A DNA stretch of 64,000 bases from Patescibacteria group bacterium (lineage in GTDB: Bacteria > Patescibacteriota > Patescibacteriia > Buchananbacterales > UBA6539), in NCBI GenBank assembly GCA_041649675.1, contig JBAZMQ010000007.1:2948-66947 (forward strand). The letters run 5' to 3'. Within the stretch, counting starts at the first letter, position 1. Every line of letters begins with the position of its first letter. The position numbers and the translations under genes were made by a program. Positions 21,752-31,500 of the stretch are shown here, in pieces. The notes beneath the pieces are model-generated. The model had not been told where the DNA came from and did no database searches. It saw only the letters and a program-made list of their open reading frames with translations.

Positions 21752-22240
21752 ATGGCTACAGAGAGACAAGGAGAAGCATTTGAAGAAGAAATTGATTTGG
21801 CCCAGATAGTTCCCTTAGAGCAACTAAGCGGACTTACTCCAGGGGAAATTTCACAAATGTCCTTTTCTGATCTTAAAGATTATTTAAATTTTGCCAAAAA
21901 ATACCGAGAGCTAGAAATTGCTACCAATAACCCGCCACTACTCAAAGAAAAAATGCAAGCGGAAAGTGAAAAGATTGGCCCGGTAGTTGAAGCAATTTTT
22001 CAAAAAGTTAAAGAGGCTACTGACTTGTTAAAGCAGCTCCGGGAAAAAAGTGGCGGCAATATTTCTACAATCAGAATGGATGATCCTGAATTTGACTTAA
22101 GCCCAGATGGAACTATTGGCCAAGCCGCTAATTTAATCGCTAGCGAAGGAACTAAAGCCGGCACCGAAGCTGAAAGCATGGTTGGCTTTGCCAATGAAGT
22201 CATAAGAGAAATTAAAACCATTCAAAGAATTACAAAATAA
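21752..22240 (+). CDS. hypothetical protein
   Basis: ORF coupled to gatB stop; followed by bidirectional terminator. Confidence 0.5.
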   Translation: MATERQGEAFEEEIDLAQIVPLEQLSGLTPGEISQMSFSDLKDYLNFAKKYRELEIATNNPPLLKEKMQAESEKIGPVVEAIFQKVKEATDLLKQLREKSGGNISTIRMDDPEFDLSPDGTIGQAANLIASEGTKAGTEAESMVGFANEVIREIKTIQRITK

Positions 22241-22252
22241 AACTCACTATTT

Positions 22253-22285
22253 AAAAACAGAAGCTAGAATTAGCTTCTGTTTTTA
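22253..22285. terminator. bidirectional rho-independent terminator
   Basis: perfect 10-bp stem acagaagcta/tagcttctgt flanked by A-run and T-run between convergent genes. Confidence 0.65.
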
Positions 22286-22294
22286 GTTAAGCAA

Positions 22295-24475
22295 TTACCG
22301 GCCCAAAAAAATTTTTATCTGGCTAACAATTGCTTTATGATTATTTAACCAAATAACTTTTAAGCCTTTTTCAGCTAAAAATTCCGATGTTCGCAATTGT
22401 TGGCGAAACCAAGTCATTTGGCGCTTGGAAAAATCACGAATAGCTTGATTTAACTGATCAAACATTTGCTGATAAGTAATTTTTTTTAAAAGATAGCGGG
22501 AAGTAAAACGATATTCTAGACCAAAATCCTGCAACTTTTGCCAACTAACACCACCTTGCTGATGAAGTCTTTTAACTTCATTAATCATCCCCTCTTTTTC
22601 TAACCTTTGTTTAAGTCTTTTTTCTATTTGACGATATAAGATATCCTTGGAAACGTTTAGGCCAATAATTAAAAAGTTGTAAGGGGGAATCCTATTGGCC
22701 TGGCGGGCAGATTTTGGTTGGCCGGTTTCATAATATATTTCTAAAGCTCTTTGAACTCGGCGCCGATTATTCTTGTCAATGATCTTGAAAGTTTTAGGGT
22801 CAACTTTTTTTAATTTAAGTAAGAGTTGTTTTAGGGTTAATTTATTTAAACGTTTACGAATCGGCGAAAGCTTATAGCTTGCAGCTGACAATTGGTAACC
22901 TGAAACCAGCGCGGAAATATAAAGGCCAGTGCCGCCGCAAATAATTGGCAGTTTGCCCCGTTCCAAAACATTATTAATCTTTTCCAACGCCAACTTCTGC
23001 CATTGAGCTAAAGTAAACTGCTCCTTGGGTGAAGCAACATCAATCAAATGATAAGGCACTAAACCATATTCGGCCAAATCTTTTCCCGTACCAATATCCA
23101 TACCCCGGTAAACTTGCCGGCTATCGGCGGAAATAATTTCACCGTTAAATTTTTTAGCCAATTTAACGGCTAGTTTGGTTTTGCCAGAAGAAGTTGGTCC
23201 TAAAATTACTACCACCTTTGGCAATTGCCCAACCAATCCCCAAGCATAAAAATCAGTAATTTTAACCAAGACTAACTGCCCGGTTAAATCAACGGCTGAA
23301 GTGAATTTAATATTTTTAAAATTTTTCGTCCGGCCAAAACAAAAACCGTCTTTATAACCATCAACCAAAACCGGCATATTTTTTCCGACTAAGCTTTTAT
23401 TATGTTCAAACGCCGTCTGGCCTAAAATTTTTGTCAAAACTAACTGCCGCCTTTTCTTTTCTTTAAGCGAGACATTATCGGCCATTTTAGCCGCCACTGT
23501 ACCCAATCGAGGTGAATACTGAGCAATATAAGCCATGTCAAATTTTAATTTTTTAAACAGTGATAAAGTTTTTAAAAATTGGTTTTTGGTTTCCCCAGGA
23601 AAACCGACAATAACATCAGTTGAAAGAGTGATATTAGGCATTAACTGCCTGACTTTTTTAATTAAACTTTGGTAATGAGAAACTGTATAGTGACGATTCA
23701 TTTTTCGTAAAATTTCATTATCGCCTGACTGAACCGGCAAATGAAGATATGGAATAACATGTTGGCTCAAAGCCATCACTTTGATTAATTCATCAGACAT
23801 ATCCTTAGGGTGACTAGTAGCAAAAGAAAGCCAATAGTTGCCAGGGATTTGGTCGATGGTTTTTAAAAGTTTGGGGAAATTGGTTTTGCCATCAGAATAA
23901 CTATTAACATTTTGGCCAAGTAAAACAATTTCTTTGTAGCCGTTAACTATTAATTCTTCACATTGTTTAATTATAAGCTTGGCCGATCGGGAAACTTCAC
24001 GGCCTCGGGTATAGGGAACGACGCAGTAAGAACAAAAATTATTACAGCCATTCATAACCGGCACATAGGCTATAAATTTAGAATTATAGCTAGGGTGAAT
24101 TTCAAAATAATTAACCGCTTGTTTGCTTGAAACCAAAACTTTTAGCTTGGTTAATTTTTTTTGCAACCTGGCTAAATCTTTAATGTCTATAACTAAGTCA
24201 AAAAATTTAGCCATCTTTACTTTGTCTGATTCCAAAACACACCCGGATAAAACAGTAATCAATGGCCGACTTTTTTTAATTTTCTCAAACCTTTTCTTTA
24301 AACCATAAATCCGATCAATGGCTGTTTGCCGAACCGAGCAAGCCAAGACCATTATTAAGTCTGCTTCTTTTTCATTTTCAGCCTTTTGATAACCAACCAT
24401 TTCTAAAACCGCTGCCACTTTTTCAGCGTCAGCTATATTAAATTGGCAGCCAAAAGCAATTATTTTGTATTTCAT
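22295..24475 (-). CDS. miaB/miaA: fusion protein: MiaB-type radical-SAM methylthiotransferase (N) + tRNA dimethylallyltransferase MiaA (C)
   Basis: MTTase domain, CxxxCxxC (CSYCVVPY), TRAM domain, then GPTSSGKT and DSRQVYRGMDIGTGK of MiaA. Confidence 0.8.
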   Translation of the reverse strand: MKYKIIAFGCQFNIADAEKVAAVLEMVGYQKAENEKEADLIMVLACSVRQTAIDRIYGLKKRFEKIKKSRPLITVLSGCVLESDKVKMAKFFDLVIDIKDLARLQKKLTKLKVLVSSKQAVNYFEIHPSYNSKFIAYVPVMNGCNNFCSYCVVPYTRGREVSRSAKLIIKQCEELIVNGYKEIVLLGQNVNSYSDGKTNFPKLLKTIDQIPGNYWLSFATSHPKDMSDELIKVMALSQHVIPYLHLPVQSGDNEILRKMNRHYTVSHYQSLIKKVRQLMPNITLSTDVIVGFPGETKNQFLKTLSLFKKLKFDMAYIAQYSPRLGTVAAKMADNVSLKEKKRRQLVLTKILGQTAFEHNKSLVGKNMPVLVDGYKDGFCFGRTKNFKNIKFTSAVDLTGQLVLVKITDFYAWGLVGQLPKVVVILGPTSSGKTKLAVKLAKKFNGEIISADSRQVYRGMDIGTGKDLAEYGLVPYHLIDVASPKEQFTLAQWQKLALEKINNVLERGKLPIICGGTGLYISALVSGYQLSAASYKLSPIRKRLNKLTLKQLLLKLKKVDPKTFKIIDKNNRRRVQRALEIYYETGQPKSARQANRIPPYNFLIIGLNVSKDILYRQIEKRLKQRLEKEGMINEVKRLHQQGGVSWQKLQDFGLEYRFTSRYLLKKITYQQMFDQLNQAIRDFSKRQMTWFRQQLRTSEFLAEKGLKVIWLNNHKAIVSQIKIFLGR

Positions 24476-24586
24476 AACAGATTAAAAATAGCAAAAAAAT
24501 GAATTAATTTCAAGCTTTTTTGCTAAAAAAGAAAACCTAGCTGGCCAATGAAGACAGACAACGAGGTTCTCTCAATATAATTAAAT

Positions 24587-25732
24587 TTATTCTAAAGACG
24601 TGCTAGTGCCAGTTTTCTCAGTTTGATCTCCAGATTTAATTAAACCAGCTGCTTGGCATACGCCCGTATGTTCAACTTGAATACCAGAACACTTTGCTCC
24701 GCAAGCGTTAGAATAGGTTATACCGTCAGCACCACAAACTGGGGCGTACTCGGTGGTACAAGTGCATTCAGTTTTTACTTCAGTTTCAGTGTCAGCGTTG
24801 ACATTCTTTTTAGCCGGAGGCACAATCAATTGTTTAAGTTTTTCTTGCAAATCTTTTTGAAATTGATCCAAACCGGAAGCACCGTCTTTGGCTTGGTTGA
24901 TGAATTCTTCAGTCCCAGTCCCGGCCGAATTTTTAAAATTTTCCAAAACCGACCTAAGCTTAGCCGCTCTTTGCTCCGGCGTCATTGTGTCTAAATTTTC
25001 ATTTAATTGCAATATTATTTTTTCTCTTATTTTTGCAATAACTGGCTGGACATCAGATGGTAATTTTTGTTGCAACTGATCTAAAGTCTCAACGTTATAA
25101 AAATTGCTTAACTCTAACGGTTGCTCACCGGATAAAATACCATTGATTCTTTCTTCAATTTTTTCTTTGTTAATCTTGCTTAACAAATCACTTAAGACTG
25201 CCAACGATTTATCTTTAGCGTCAATAATCAGTTGCCGATTGACATCACTATCCAGCTTCAATTCAACTCTTCTCATTAGCTGCTGCCGAATAAATTCTTG
25301 GATTGTATATTGATTAACAAATTGTTCAACTGGTTGGGGCTGCTGATCCTTCAGGCTTTCAATCTTTGTCTTCAGGCTTTGAATTTGATAATTGTATTGC
25401 TCTAAATTATTTTTTAGTTCCGTGCCGGTAATTACTCCTTTGGTTATGAGCTTTTGTAACTCAAGTAATTTTTGGTTGGCAACGGTTAACCGCTGTTCCG
25501 CTTTTTTAATCGGATCAGTTGCCAGCCAGATTTTAATTTTTTGCCAAAAGTCTTTTAACCAATATAAATTGCTATTGGGCAAAATTATTGGCTCAGATTG
25601 GCCTAAATCACTGGCTGAAATTTCTTCTTTCAAGGGAGTACTTTCATAGTTAGCATTAATATCAGATTGAGCCGCAACTAAGGTTGGCACAAGTAAGCTA
25701 ATCAGGGCTAAAAAAATTATGATCTTTTTCAT
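24587..25732 (-). CDS. secreted coiled-coil protein with C-terminal Kazal-type protease-inhibitor domain
   Basis: signal peptide; C-x7-C-x6-Y-x3-C-x3-C-x10-C (CTCTTEYAPVCGADGITYSNACGAKC). Confidence 0.65.
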   Translation of the reverse strand: MKKIIIFLALISLLVPTLVAAQSDINANYESTPLKEEISASDLGQSEPIILPNSNLYWLKDFWQKIKIWLATDPIKKAEQRLTVANQKLLELQKLITKGVITGTELKNNLEQYNYQIQSLKTKIESLKDQQPQPVEQFVNQYTIQEFIRQQLMRRVELKLDSDVNRQLIIDAKDKSLAVLSDLLSKINKEKIEERINGILSGEQPLELSNFYNVETLDQLQQKLPSDVQPVIAKIREKIILQLNENLDTMTPEQRAAKLRSVLENFKNSAGTGTEEFINQAKDGASGLDQFQKDLQEKLKQLIVPPAKKNVNADTETEVKTECTCTTEYAPVCGADGITYSNACGAKCSGIQVEHTGVCQAAGLIKSGDQTEKTGTSTSLE

Positions 25733-25802
25733 AGGCTAAAAATTAATATTTTTCCTTGCTTTCTTAATTATAGCGTAAATACCAAAAAGCCTCCAGACCA
25801 GA

Positions 25803-25831
25803 TTGACAAAAATCATTTTTTATGTTAATCT
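25803..25831 (+). promoter_or_regulatory. sigma70-like promoter (TTGACA-17-TAATCT) for 25927..27486
   Basis: direct motif; followed by 8-bp-stem hairpin cagtaatg/cattactg in the 5' UTR. Confidence 0.45.
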
Positions 25832-25926
25832 CAGAAGTCTTCTTTAGACATTGCTCTTTTTGAATTTGATTAAAAAGTCAGTAATGGCCTGTGGTCATTA
25901 CTGCATGGATATAGGACCAAGGTAAA

Positions 25927-27486
25927 GTGCAAAAAACGGACAAGGAGAAACGCATGAAAAACGTAACACTGATTCTGATTTTGTTTTTGGCCGTAGGCCT
26001 AATTGCAACCAATGCGACTGCCGCTTATCCGGGCAGTGGCTATATGGTACTCAGTGCGGATAGCGCTGTAGAAACCGTAGCACCTGGCGGTTTGCAAACC
26101 GAGGCACTGAGGATTGACTACAATAATTTGACTGGCCAAACCCGAAAACTCAGCGATCTGGCCGTGAGGTTGAAAATAAGTGGAGATAAACTTAATCGTT
26201 TATCCCGTTTCAGCCTTTGGGATGGCAACGTAATCTTGGCCACCCGCAAACCGCCAAAAATTGATATTTTCGGTTTCGTCAAATTTTTCATCAGCCCAAC
26301 AAGCCAACCAACAATTGAGGCTGGACATCAAATTCAATTGACAGTTAAATTTGATGTCTCACCGGAAATGGCAGTCGGCGCAAAGATTTATCCGAGTATC
26401 TGGGGCGGATGCCTAAGATTTGACAAGCCAGTACTCGTCTTGCCATTTAAAACAATTACCTGCCCCACTATTACGATAGTTCGGCCGGGAGCGCTTAATC
26501 TTGAATTAAGTCCAGACTCACCACCCAACCAATTGGTGGTAGCATTCTGCGATGGTATTCAGACAATGGCTGTGCCCTTAAAGGCATCAGGGGAAGATAT
26601 GCGTATTGAGCAATTGCCAATCTGCATCGGCGAACTCAATGGCGGCGGAGTCAAAAATATTCGGACAATCACATTGCTGCAAGAAGGCGAAATGGTATTT
26701 CGCGGTGCTGTTCCAAGTGAATCTTTTATGATTCATCTGCCTCAGCCGATAATCGTGCCGGCTAATAGCACGGGCGCAACTGTTGACGTCAAAATCGACA
26801 CTGCCAATATTGGAATGGATTATCCTAGCCAGTCAGGTCAAGGGTTTAATATCACGATTCCTGGCGACAAGATCGTAGCCTATGGCTGCGGCTCTTCCGC
26901 GCCGATCATACCGACAGGCCAGGCAAGCTCGGCAGATATGTACCTAGTCGATTCAATGCCGATCATCCAACAGCCGACAAACGGCAACCAACTCACGGGT
27001 GGTTGGCAATCACTCTACGATTGCCAAATTACTGCCTTGAGCTCGGGCGACGTCGGGGTTGGCCGATTATCATTTCGCGTAAACTTTACCGACGGCTTGA
27101 CCTGCAACAACCTGGCCATTACGATGGCTGACTCTGATGTATTACTTGGCCAAGGCGATATGGCCGCTGACGGACTGGTCATTATTGATCTGTTTTCCCC
27201 GCTGCAAATCGCCGCGGGATCAACGGTTGGCCTTCGCTTAATGGCAACGGTAAACTTTATCGCTGACCCCAGCGGCCAGTATTTAACCGTATCCATGATA
27301 GGTGATGACCAGCTACCAGCTATTTGGCCCGACACGGCTGATAATATCGCGGCTGAAGGCTGTTTTGTTTGGACTGACCTTAGCCAGTCAGAAAATCCAA
27401 GTGAACTACTGACTACGGCTCAGTGGCTAAATGGGTACCTGGTGCCCGGACTAACATTCGAGGTTCCGGTAGTGCTCGCCTATTAA
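25927..27486 (+). CDS. secreted hypothetical protein (GC-richer)
   Basis: signal peptide MKNVTLILILFLAVGLIATNATA; no recognised domain. Confidence 0.6.
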   Translation: MQKTDKEKRMKNVTLILILFLAVGLIATNATAAYPGSGYMVLSADSAVETVAPGGLQTEALRIDYNNLTGQTRKLSDLAVRLKISGDKLNRLSRFSLWDGNVILATRKPPKIDIFGFVKFFISPTSQPTIEAGHQIQLTVKFDVSPEMAVGAKIYPSIWGGCLRFDKPVLVLPFKTITCPTITIVRPGALNLELSPDSPPNQLVVAFCDGIQTMAVPLKASGEDMRIEQLPICIGELNGGGVKNIRTITLLQEGEMVFRGAVPSESFMIHLPQPIIVPANSTGATVDVKIDTANIGMDYPSQSGQGFNITIPGDKIVAYGCGSSAPIIPTGQASSADMYLVDSMPIIQQPTNGNQLTGGWQSLYDCQITALSSGDVGVGRLSFRVNFTDGLTCNNLAITMADSDVLLGQGDMAADGLVIIDLFSPLQIAAGSTVGLRLMATVNFIADPSGQYLTVSMIGDDQLPAIWPDTADNIAAEGCFVWTDLSQSENPSELLTTAQWLNGYLVPGLTFEVPVVLAY

Positions 27487-27489
27487 ATC

Positions 27490-27536
27490 AAAAGCTCCAG
27501 CCTTTGCAAATTTGCAAGGACTGGAGCTTCTTTTTT
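27490..27536. terminator. bidirectional terminator between 25927..27486 and thrS
   Basis: agctccag..ctggagct stem around inner tttgcaaatttgcaa palindrome, then T-run. Confidence 0.65.
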
Positions 27537-27572
27537 AGTATACAAATGTCTCATTCGCAGGTTAGTATCACG

Positions 27573-29342
27573 CTATTTCTTTTCCTTGATTTCTTTGACC
27601 ATTTTTTCAATAAACTCATTCCGAGATATCACCAGCATTTCTTTTTGACCCCGGACCCTGACTGCTAAGTCCGCCCCACCGGCTTCTTTTTCACCAATGA
27701 CTAAAGTGTAAGGCACCTTAGCTTTTTCACTTTTTCTAACCTTATAGCCAACGGTCTCATCGGCTTCATCAACATAAACCCGAACATTATTAGTGATTAA
27801 CTCTTGGGCAATCTCTTTGGCGGCTTGGACAAAAGTTGCTGCCACCGGGGCAATCTGAACCTGGACCGGAGATAACCAAAGCGGAAAAGCGCCAGCATGC
27901 TGCTCAATTAAAAAGGCCATGACTCTTTCAATCGCGCCAATGGAAGAACGGTGAATTACGACCGCTTCTTTTTTCTTATTATCCTCATCAATATAAACTA
28001 GCTCAAAGCGCTTGGGCATGACAAAATCATATTGAACGGTAAAGGCCGTATCTTCTTTGCCGGCAAAATTTTTCATTTGAATGTCTATTTTAGGCCCGTA
28101 AAAAGCTGCTTCGCCCTCAGCTTCAAAGAATGGTGCCTGGCGTTTTTTTAGAACTTGCCTCAAAATATCTTCAGCATCGTCCCAGGCTTTATCGTCTTTG
28201 TAATATTTTTTTTCTTCCTGGCGGTCACCCAAAGAAAGGCGATAACGAAAATTTTCTCCCTTGGTTAAACCCATAACCGAAGCCACATATTCTATCAAAT
28301 CCAAAACATTATTTATCTCGCTTGTAGCTTGATCTGGCCGACAAACGATATGAGAATCAGCCAAGCAAAAGGAACGCACCCTCATTAAGCCAGTCAGCTC
28401 GCCAGATTTTTCATAGCGAAATTGCTTGGCCAATTCGGCAATCCTGATCGGCAATTCTTTGTAAGTATGCGGCTTACTTAAGTATAATTGAAAATGATGA
28501 GGGCAAGTCATTGGTCTTAAGATTAATTCTTCCTCATCAATTTTCATTACCGGGTACATAGTATCTTTATAATACGGGTAATGACCGGATTTTTTGTAAA
28601 GTTCCACTTTAGCTAATTCGGGAGTATAAACATGTTTATAATCACGTTTAATTTCTTCATCAACAATAAATCTTTCCAGTTCGCGCCGAATGATTGAGCC
28701 TTTTTCAGTGAAAAGCGGCAAGCCTTTACCGACTAAATCAGAAAAGACAAATAAGTCCAAGTCCTTACCAATAACCCGATGGTCTCTTCTCTTGGCTTCT
28801 TCTAACAATTCAAGGTGTTTTTTTAGTTCAGCCTCAGTGGCAAAAGCAGTACCATAAATTCGTTGCAGCATTTTATTTTTCTCATCACCCCGCCAGTAAG
28901 CGCCAGCGATTTTGGTCAATTTAAAACCGTCAGGATTGATTTCCTTGGTTGATTTGACATGTGGACCGGCGCAAAGATTATCGAGCCAGTCGGATTTGTA
29001 AAAACTGACCTTTTTCTCGCCCCGGGCTTTTAAGTCGTCAATGAACCAAGTTTTGTAAGGGTCATTTTTATAAAACTCATAAGCCTCTTTAAAATCCACA
29101 TCATGCTGCTCAAATTTAATGTTTTTCTTAATTAACTCGCGCATCCGTTTTTCCAATTTTGGCAGCAGCTCGGGCGTAATAGCCTGGGGTATATCAAAAT
29201 CTTGGTAAAAACCATCATCAATTGACGGCCCAACCCCTAAGCCGGCTTGCGGATACAATTCCAGCACCGCCATAATCATTAAGTGGGCTAATGAGTGGCG
29301 GACTGGCTCCATTTTGTTTTCTGGTTTGTTTACTTTGGACAT
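27573..29342 (-). CDS. thrS: threonyl-tRNA synthetase
   Basis: class II core and anticodon-binding domain; N-terminal editing region present. Confidence 0.9.
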   Translation of the reverse strand: MSKVNKPENKMEPVRHSLAHLMIMAVLELYPQAGLGVGPSIDDGFYQDFDIPQAITPELLPKLEKRMRELIKKNIKFEQHDVDFKEAYEFYKNDPYKTWFIDDLKARGEKKVSFYKSDWLDNLCAGPHVKSTKEINPDGFKLTKIAGAYWRGDEKNKMLQRIYGTAFATEAELKKHLELLEEAKRRDHRVIGKDLDLFVFSDLVGKGLPLFTEKGSIIRRELERFIVDEEIKRDYKHVYTPELAKVELYKKSGHYPYYKDTMYPVMKIDEEELILRPMTCPHHFQLYLSKPHTYKELPIRIAELAKQFRYEKSGELTGLMRVRSFCLADSHIVCRPDQATSEINNVLDLIEYVASVMGLTKGENFRYRLSLGDRQEEKKYYKDDKAWDDAEDILRQVLKKRQAPFFEAEGEAAFYGPKIDIQMKNFAGKEDTAFTVQYDFVMPKRFELVYIDEDNKKKEAVVIHRSSIGAIERVMAFLIEQHAGAFPLWLSPVQVQIAPVAATFVQAAKEIAQELITNNVRVYVDEADETVGYKVRKSEKAKVPYTLVIGEKEAGGADLAVRVRGQKEMLVISRNEFIEKMVKEIKEKK

Positions 29343-29386
29343 ACTATTATATAGATTAAAACTTAAAACCCAAAATCCAAAAATTA

Positions 29387-29974
29387 TTAATTCTTACCTT
29401 TAGGTTTTGGCTTTAGGGTTTTAAGTTTTTGGTTTTTTAAATATTCCTCCCTTAAAATTCCCATGTTTATTAAATTATGATAATAACCGTTGCGGTATAT
29501 TTGATCACGCAAGCAACTCTCCTTTTTAAAACCAAGTTTCTTATATGATTTCTCACCGCGGATATTATAGGCATAAAAGCCTAGCCAAATCCGGTGCAAT
29601 TTTAATTTTTTAAAACCATAGTCAATTATCAGTTTGCCCGCCTCGGTACCATAACCCTGGCCCCAATATTTTTTATCACCAATAATGATGCCAAACTGGG
29701 CATTTTTATGTAAAGGCTGAATATCGCGTAAACTAACTACGCCGATATGAATACCTTCGCTGGTATCAATTGAAAAAGAAAGATTATTCTTATTTTTTTT
29801 ATTTTTATTAATCCAGTCTTTTTCCATTTTTAATGTAGTTTTTGGCTTATCATAAATATCCAAAAAAAATGTTACTTCTGGGTCATTTAACCAACAACAA
29901 AACCGGCTGGCATCTTTAAGTGATAACGGCCGCAGAACGACTCTTCTACCTTTGAGGATTATTTTTTTATTCAT
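29387..29974 (-). CDS. GNAT family N-acetyltransferase (RimJ/RimL-like)
   Basis: acetyl-CoA binding QGYGTEAGK motif region. Confidence 0.8.
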   Translation of the reverse strand: MNKKIILKGRRVVLRPLSLKDASRFCCWLNDPEVTFFLDIYDKPKTTLKMEKDWINKNKKNKNNLSFSIDTSEGIHIGVVSLRDIQPLHKNAQFGIIIGDKKYWGQGYGTEAGKLIIDYGFKKLKLHRIWLGFYAYNIRGEKSYKKLGFKKESCLRDQIYRNGYYHNLINMGILREEYLKNQKLKTLKPKPKGKN

Positions 29975-29983
29975 ATTCTTCTG

Positions 29984-30101
29984 GTCATTTCGACCGCGTT
30001 TAAGATTAGTAGAGGAAAGGGAGAAATCTCATCAAGTTAGTTATATAAGTAAACGTATGAGATTTCTCGTCCCGACAATACTTGTCGGGACTCGAAATGA
30101 C
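29984..30101. repeat. MITE-like element, family 'GTCATTTCGA' copy A
   Basis: 10-bp terminal inverted repeats gtcatttcga/tcgaaatgac with nested inverted repeats ggagaaatctcat / atgagatttctc and gtcccg / cgggac. Confidence 0.65.
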
Positions 30102-30313
30102 TATAATAAAAACCGACCAGAAATATATCTGCCCGGGGCTCCGACGTCACATCGGAGAGGTTCCACCTCGAGAAATTCTCAATTTATTCTATTGACCTAG
30201 AAATTTAGTCCCTATTTTATTGGGAGTTTTTGCTAAAACGCCTGGTTGGTAGCCAAGCCAATCACTTCAGGTAAATTTATTATAAATCTGCTAGTTAACT
30301 TTGTCAAACTAAA

Positions 30314-31465
30314 TTATTGAATAATTTTAATTTCAATTTTATTAGCCAGCCTAGGAGTCTTTTTCACCCAGGCCGGTGAAAATTTAACTTCAACTGATTT
30401 AACGCCAGGAAATTGAGAAAAATAAGCCTTAACTTCATCCTCGGTTAAACCTAACAATTTAGTTTTATCAATAAAGTCGGAATTACTGGAGATAACCGAA
30501 CTGCCAGCTAAGTTGGCCTTAATTGTCGCTTGTTTGGAATCAATATTGTAGCTTTGGACTGAATAAGAAAAATTCTTTGGCTCCAGATTGACTAGCTGGT
30601 TACCGTTGGGCAAATTATTTTTTAATTTATTTTGAGCCAAAGTCACTAGCTGGCTTTCGTCAAAAATAATAACCGTTGCCTGAATTTTCATGTTAGCATT
30701 AAACTCCGAAACAACATCGCCCGCCTTAGCTTCAGGCGTAAACTCAGTTACTTTAATTGACACCAACTTGGGCCATAAAGCTTGGGCTGAATCAAGCTGC
30801 TTGTTAGCCTCGACAATAACTTGTTGGTAAAGCTGATCCTTTAATCCCTTCTCAGCTGTCTTTAAGTCAATATCGGCTACCACCTTGACTTCTACTCCCT
30901 CTTTACTTAGAGTTTGAGAATTTTGGGCATAAATTTTTTCTTGCAAGGGCGGGCGCAAACCAGGAATAATTAGTTTCATCGGTTTTAATTCTTTAAAATT
31001 AGCCGGATCGTCAGCATAAACCGACACCGTTACCTTTTTGCCAGCTGCCACATTAATTGATTCGTTTAAGCGCAGCAAGGTTTTGGTTGGCTCACTGGGT
31101 GCGGCTAAACGGGTGGTGGCCACTAAAGCCTGACTTTTGTCAGAAGTATTGATAATAGTCACTTGGCCAACTATATTATCTTTTACTTCTTGTTTTTTTG
31201 AGCCACTTGATTTAAAAATATTGCTACCTTCAACGCCTAAAGATATTATCTTACCATTGACTGCATCCGGCTTAACAACACTAGCATTTTCGCTAACGTC
31301 AAAAACAAAATCTTGGTTGATTTGTTCTTGGCCAGGATTGATAATAATAGTCGCTTTAGAAGAAATCAAAACTAAAACAACAACAAATGCTACAATTGCT
31401 AGAACCAAAAAACCAATGCCGATTTTACGATATGATTTTGGTAAAATATTGCCCGGATTTTGCAT
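30314..31465 (-). CDS. hypothetical membrane-anchored extracytoplasmic protein
   Basis: N-terminal TM then long soluble domain; downstream of dnaE. Confidence 0.55.
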   Translation of the reverse strand: MQNPGNILPKSYRKIGIGFLVLAIVAFVVVLVLISSKATIIINPGQEQINQDFVFDVSENASVVKPDAVNGKIISLGVEGSNIFKSSGSKKQEVKDNIVGQVTIINTSDKSQALVATTRLAAPSEPTKTLLRLNESINVAAGKKVTVSVYADDPANFKELKPMKLIIPGLRPPLQEKIYAQNSQTLSKEGVEVKVVADIDLKTAEKGLKDQLYQQVIVEANKQLDSAQALWPKLVSIKVTEFTPEAKAGDVVSEFNANMKIQATVIIFDESQLVTLAQNKLKNNLPNGNQLVNLEPKNFSYSVQSYNIDSKQATIKANLAGSSVISSNSDFIDKTKLLGLTEDEVKAYFSQFPGVKSVEVKFSPAWVKKTPRLANKIEIKIIQ

Positions 31466-31500
31466 ATATTAATAATACTAAAAAAATTGTCATTTGGCAA

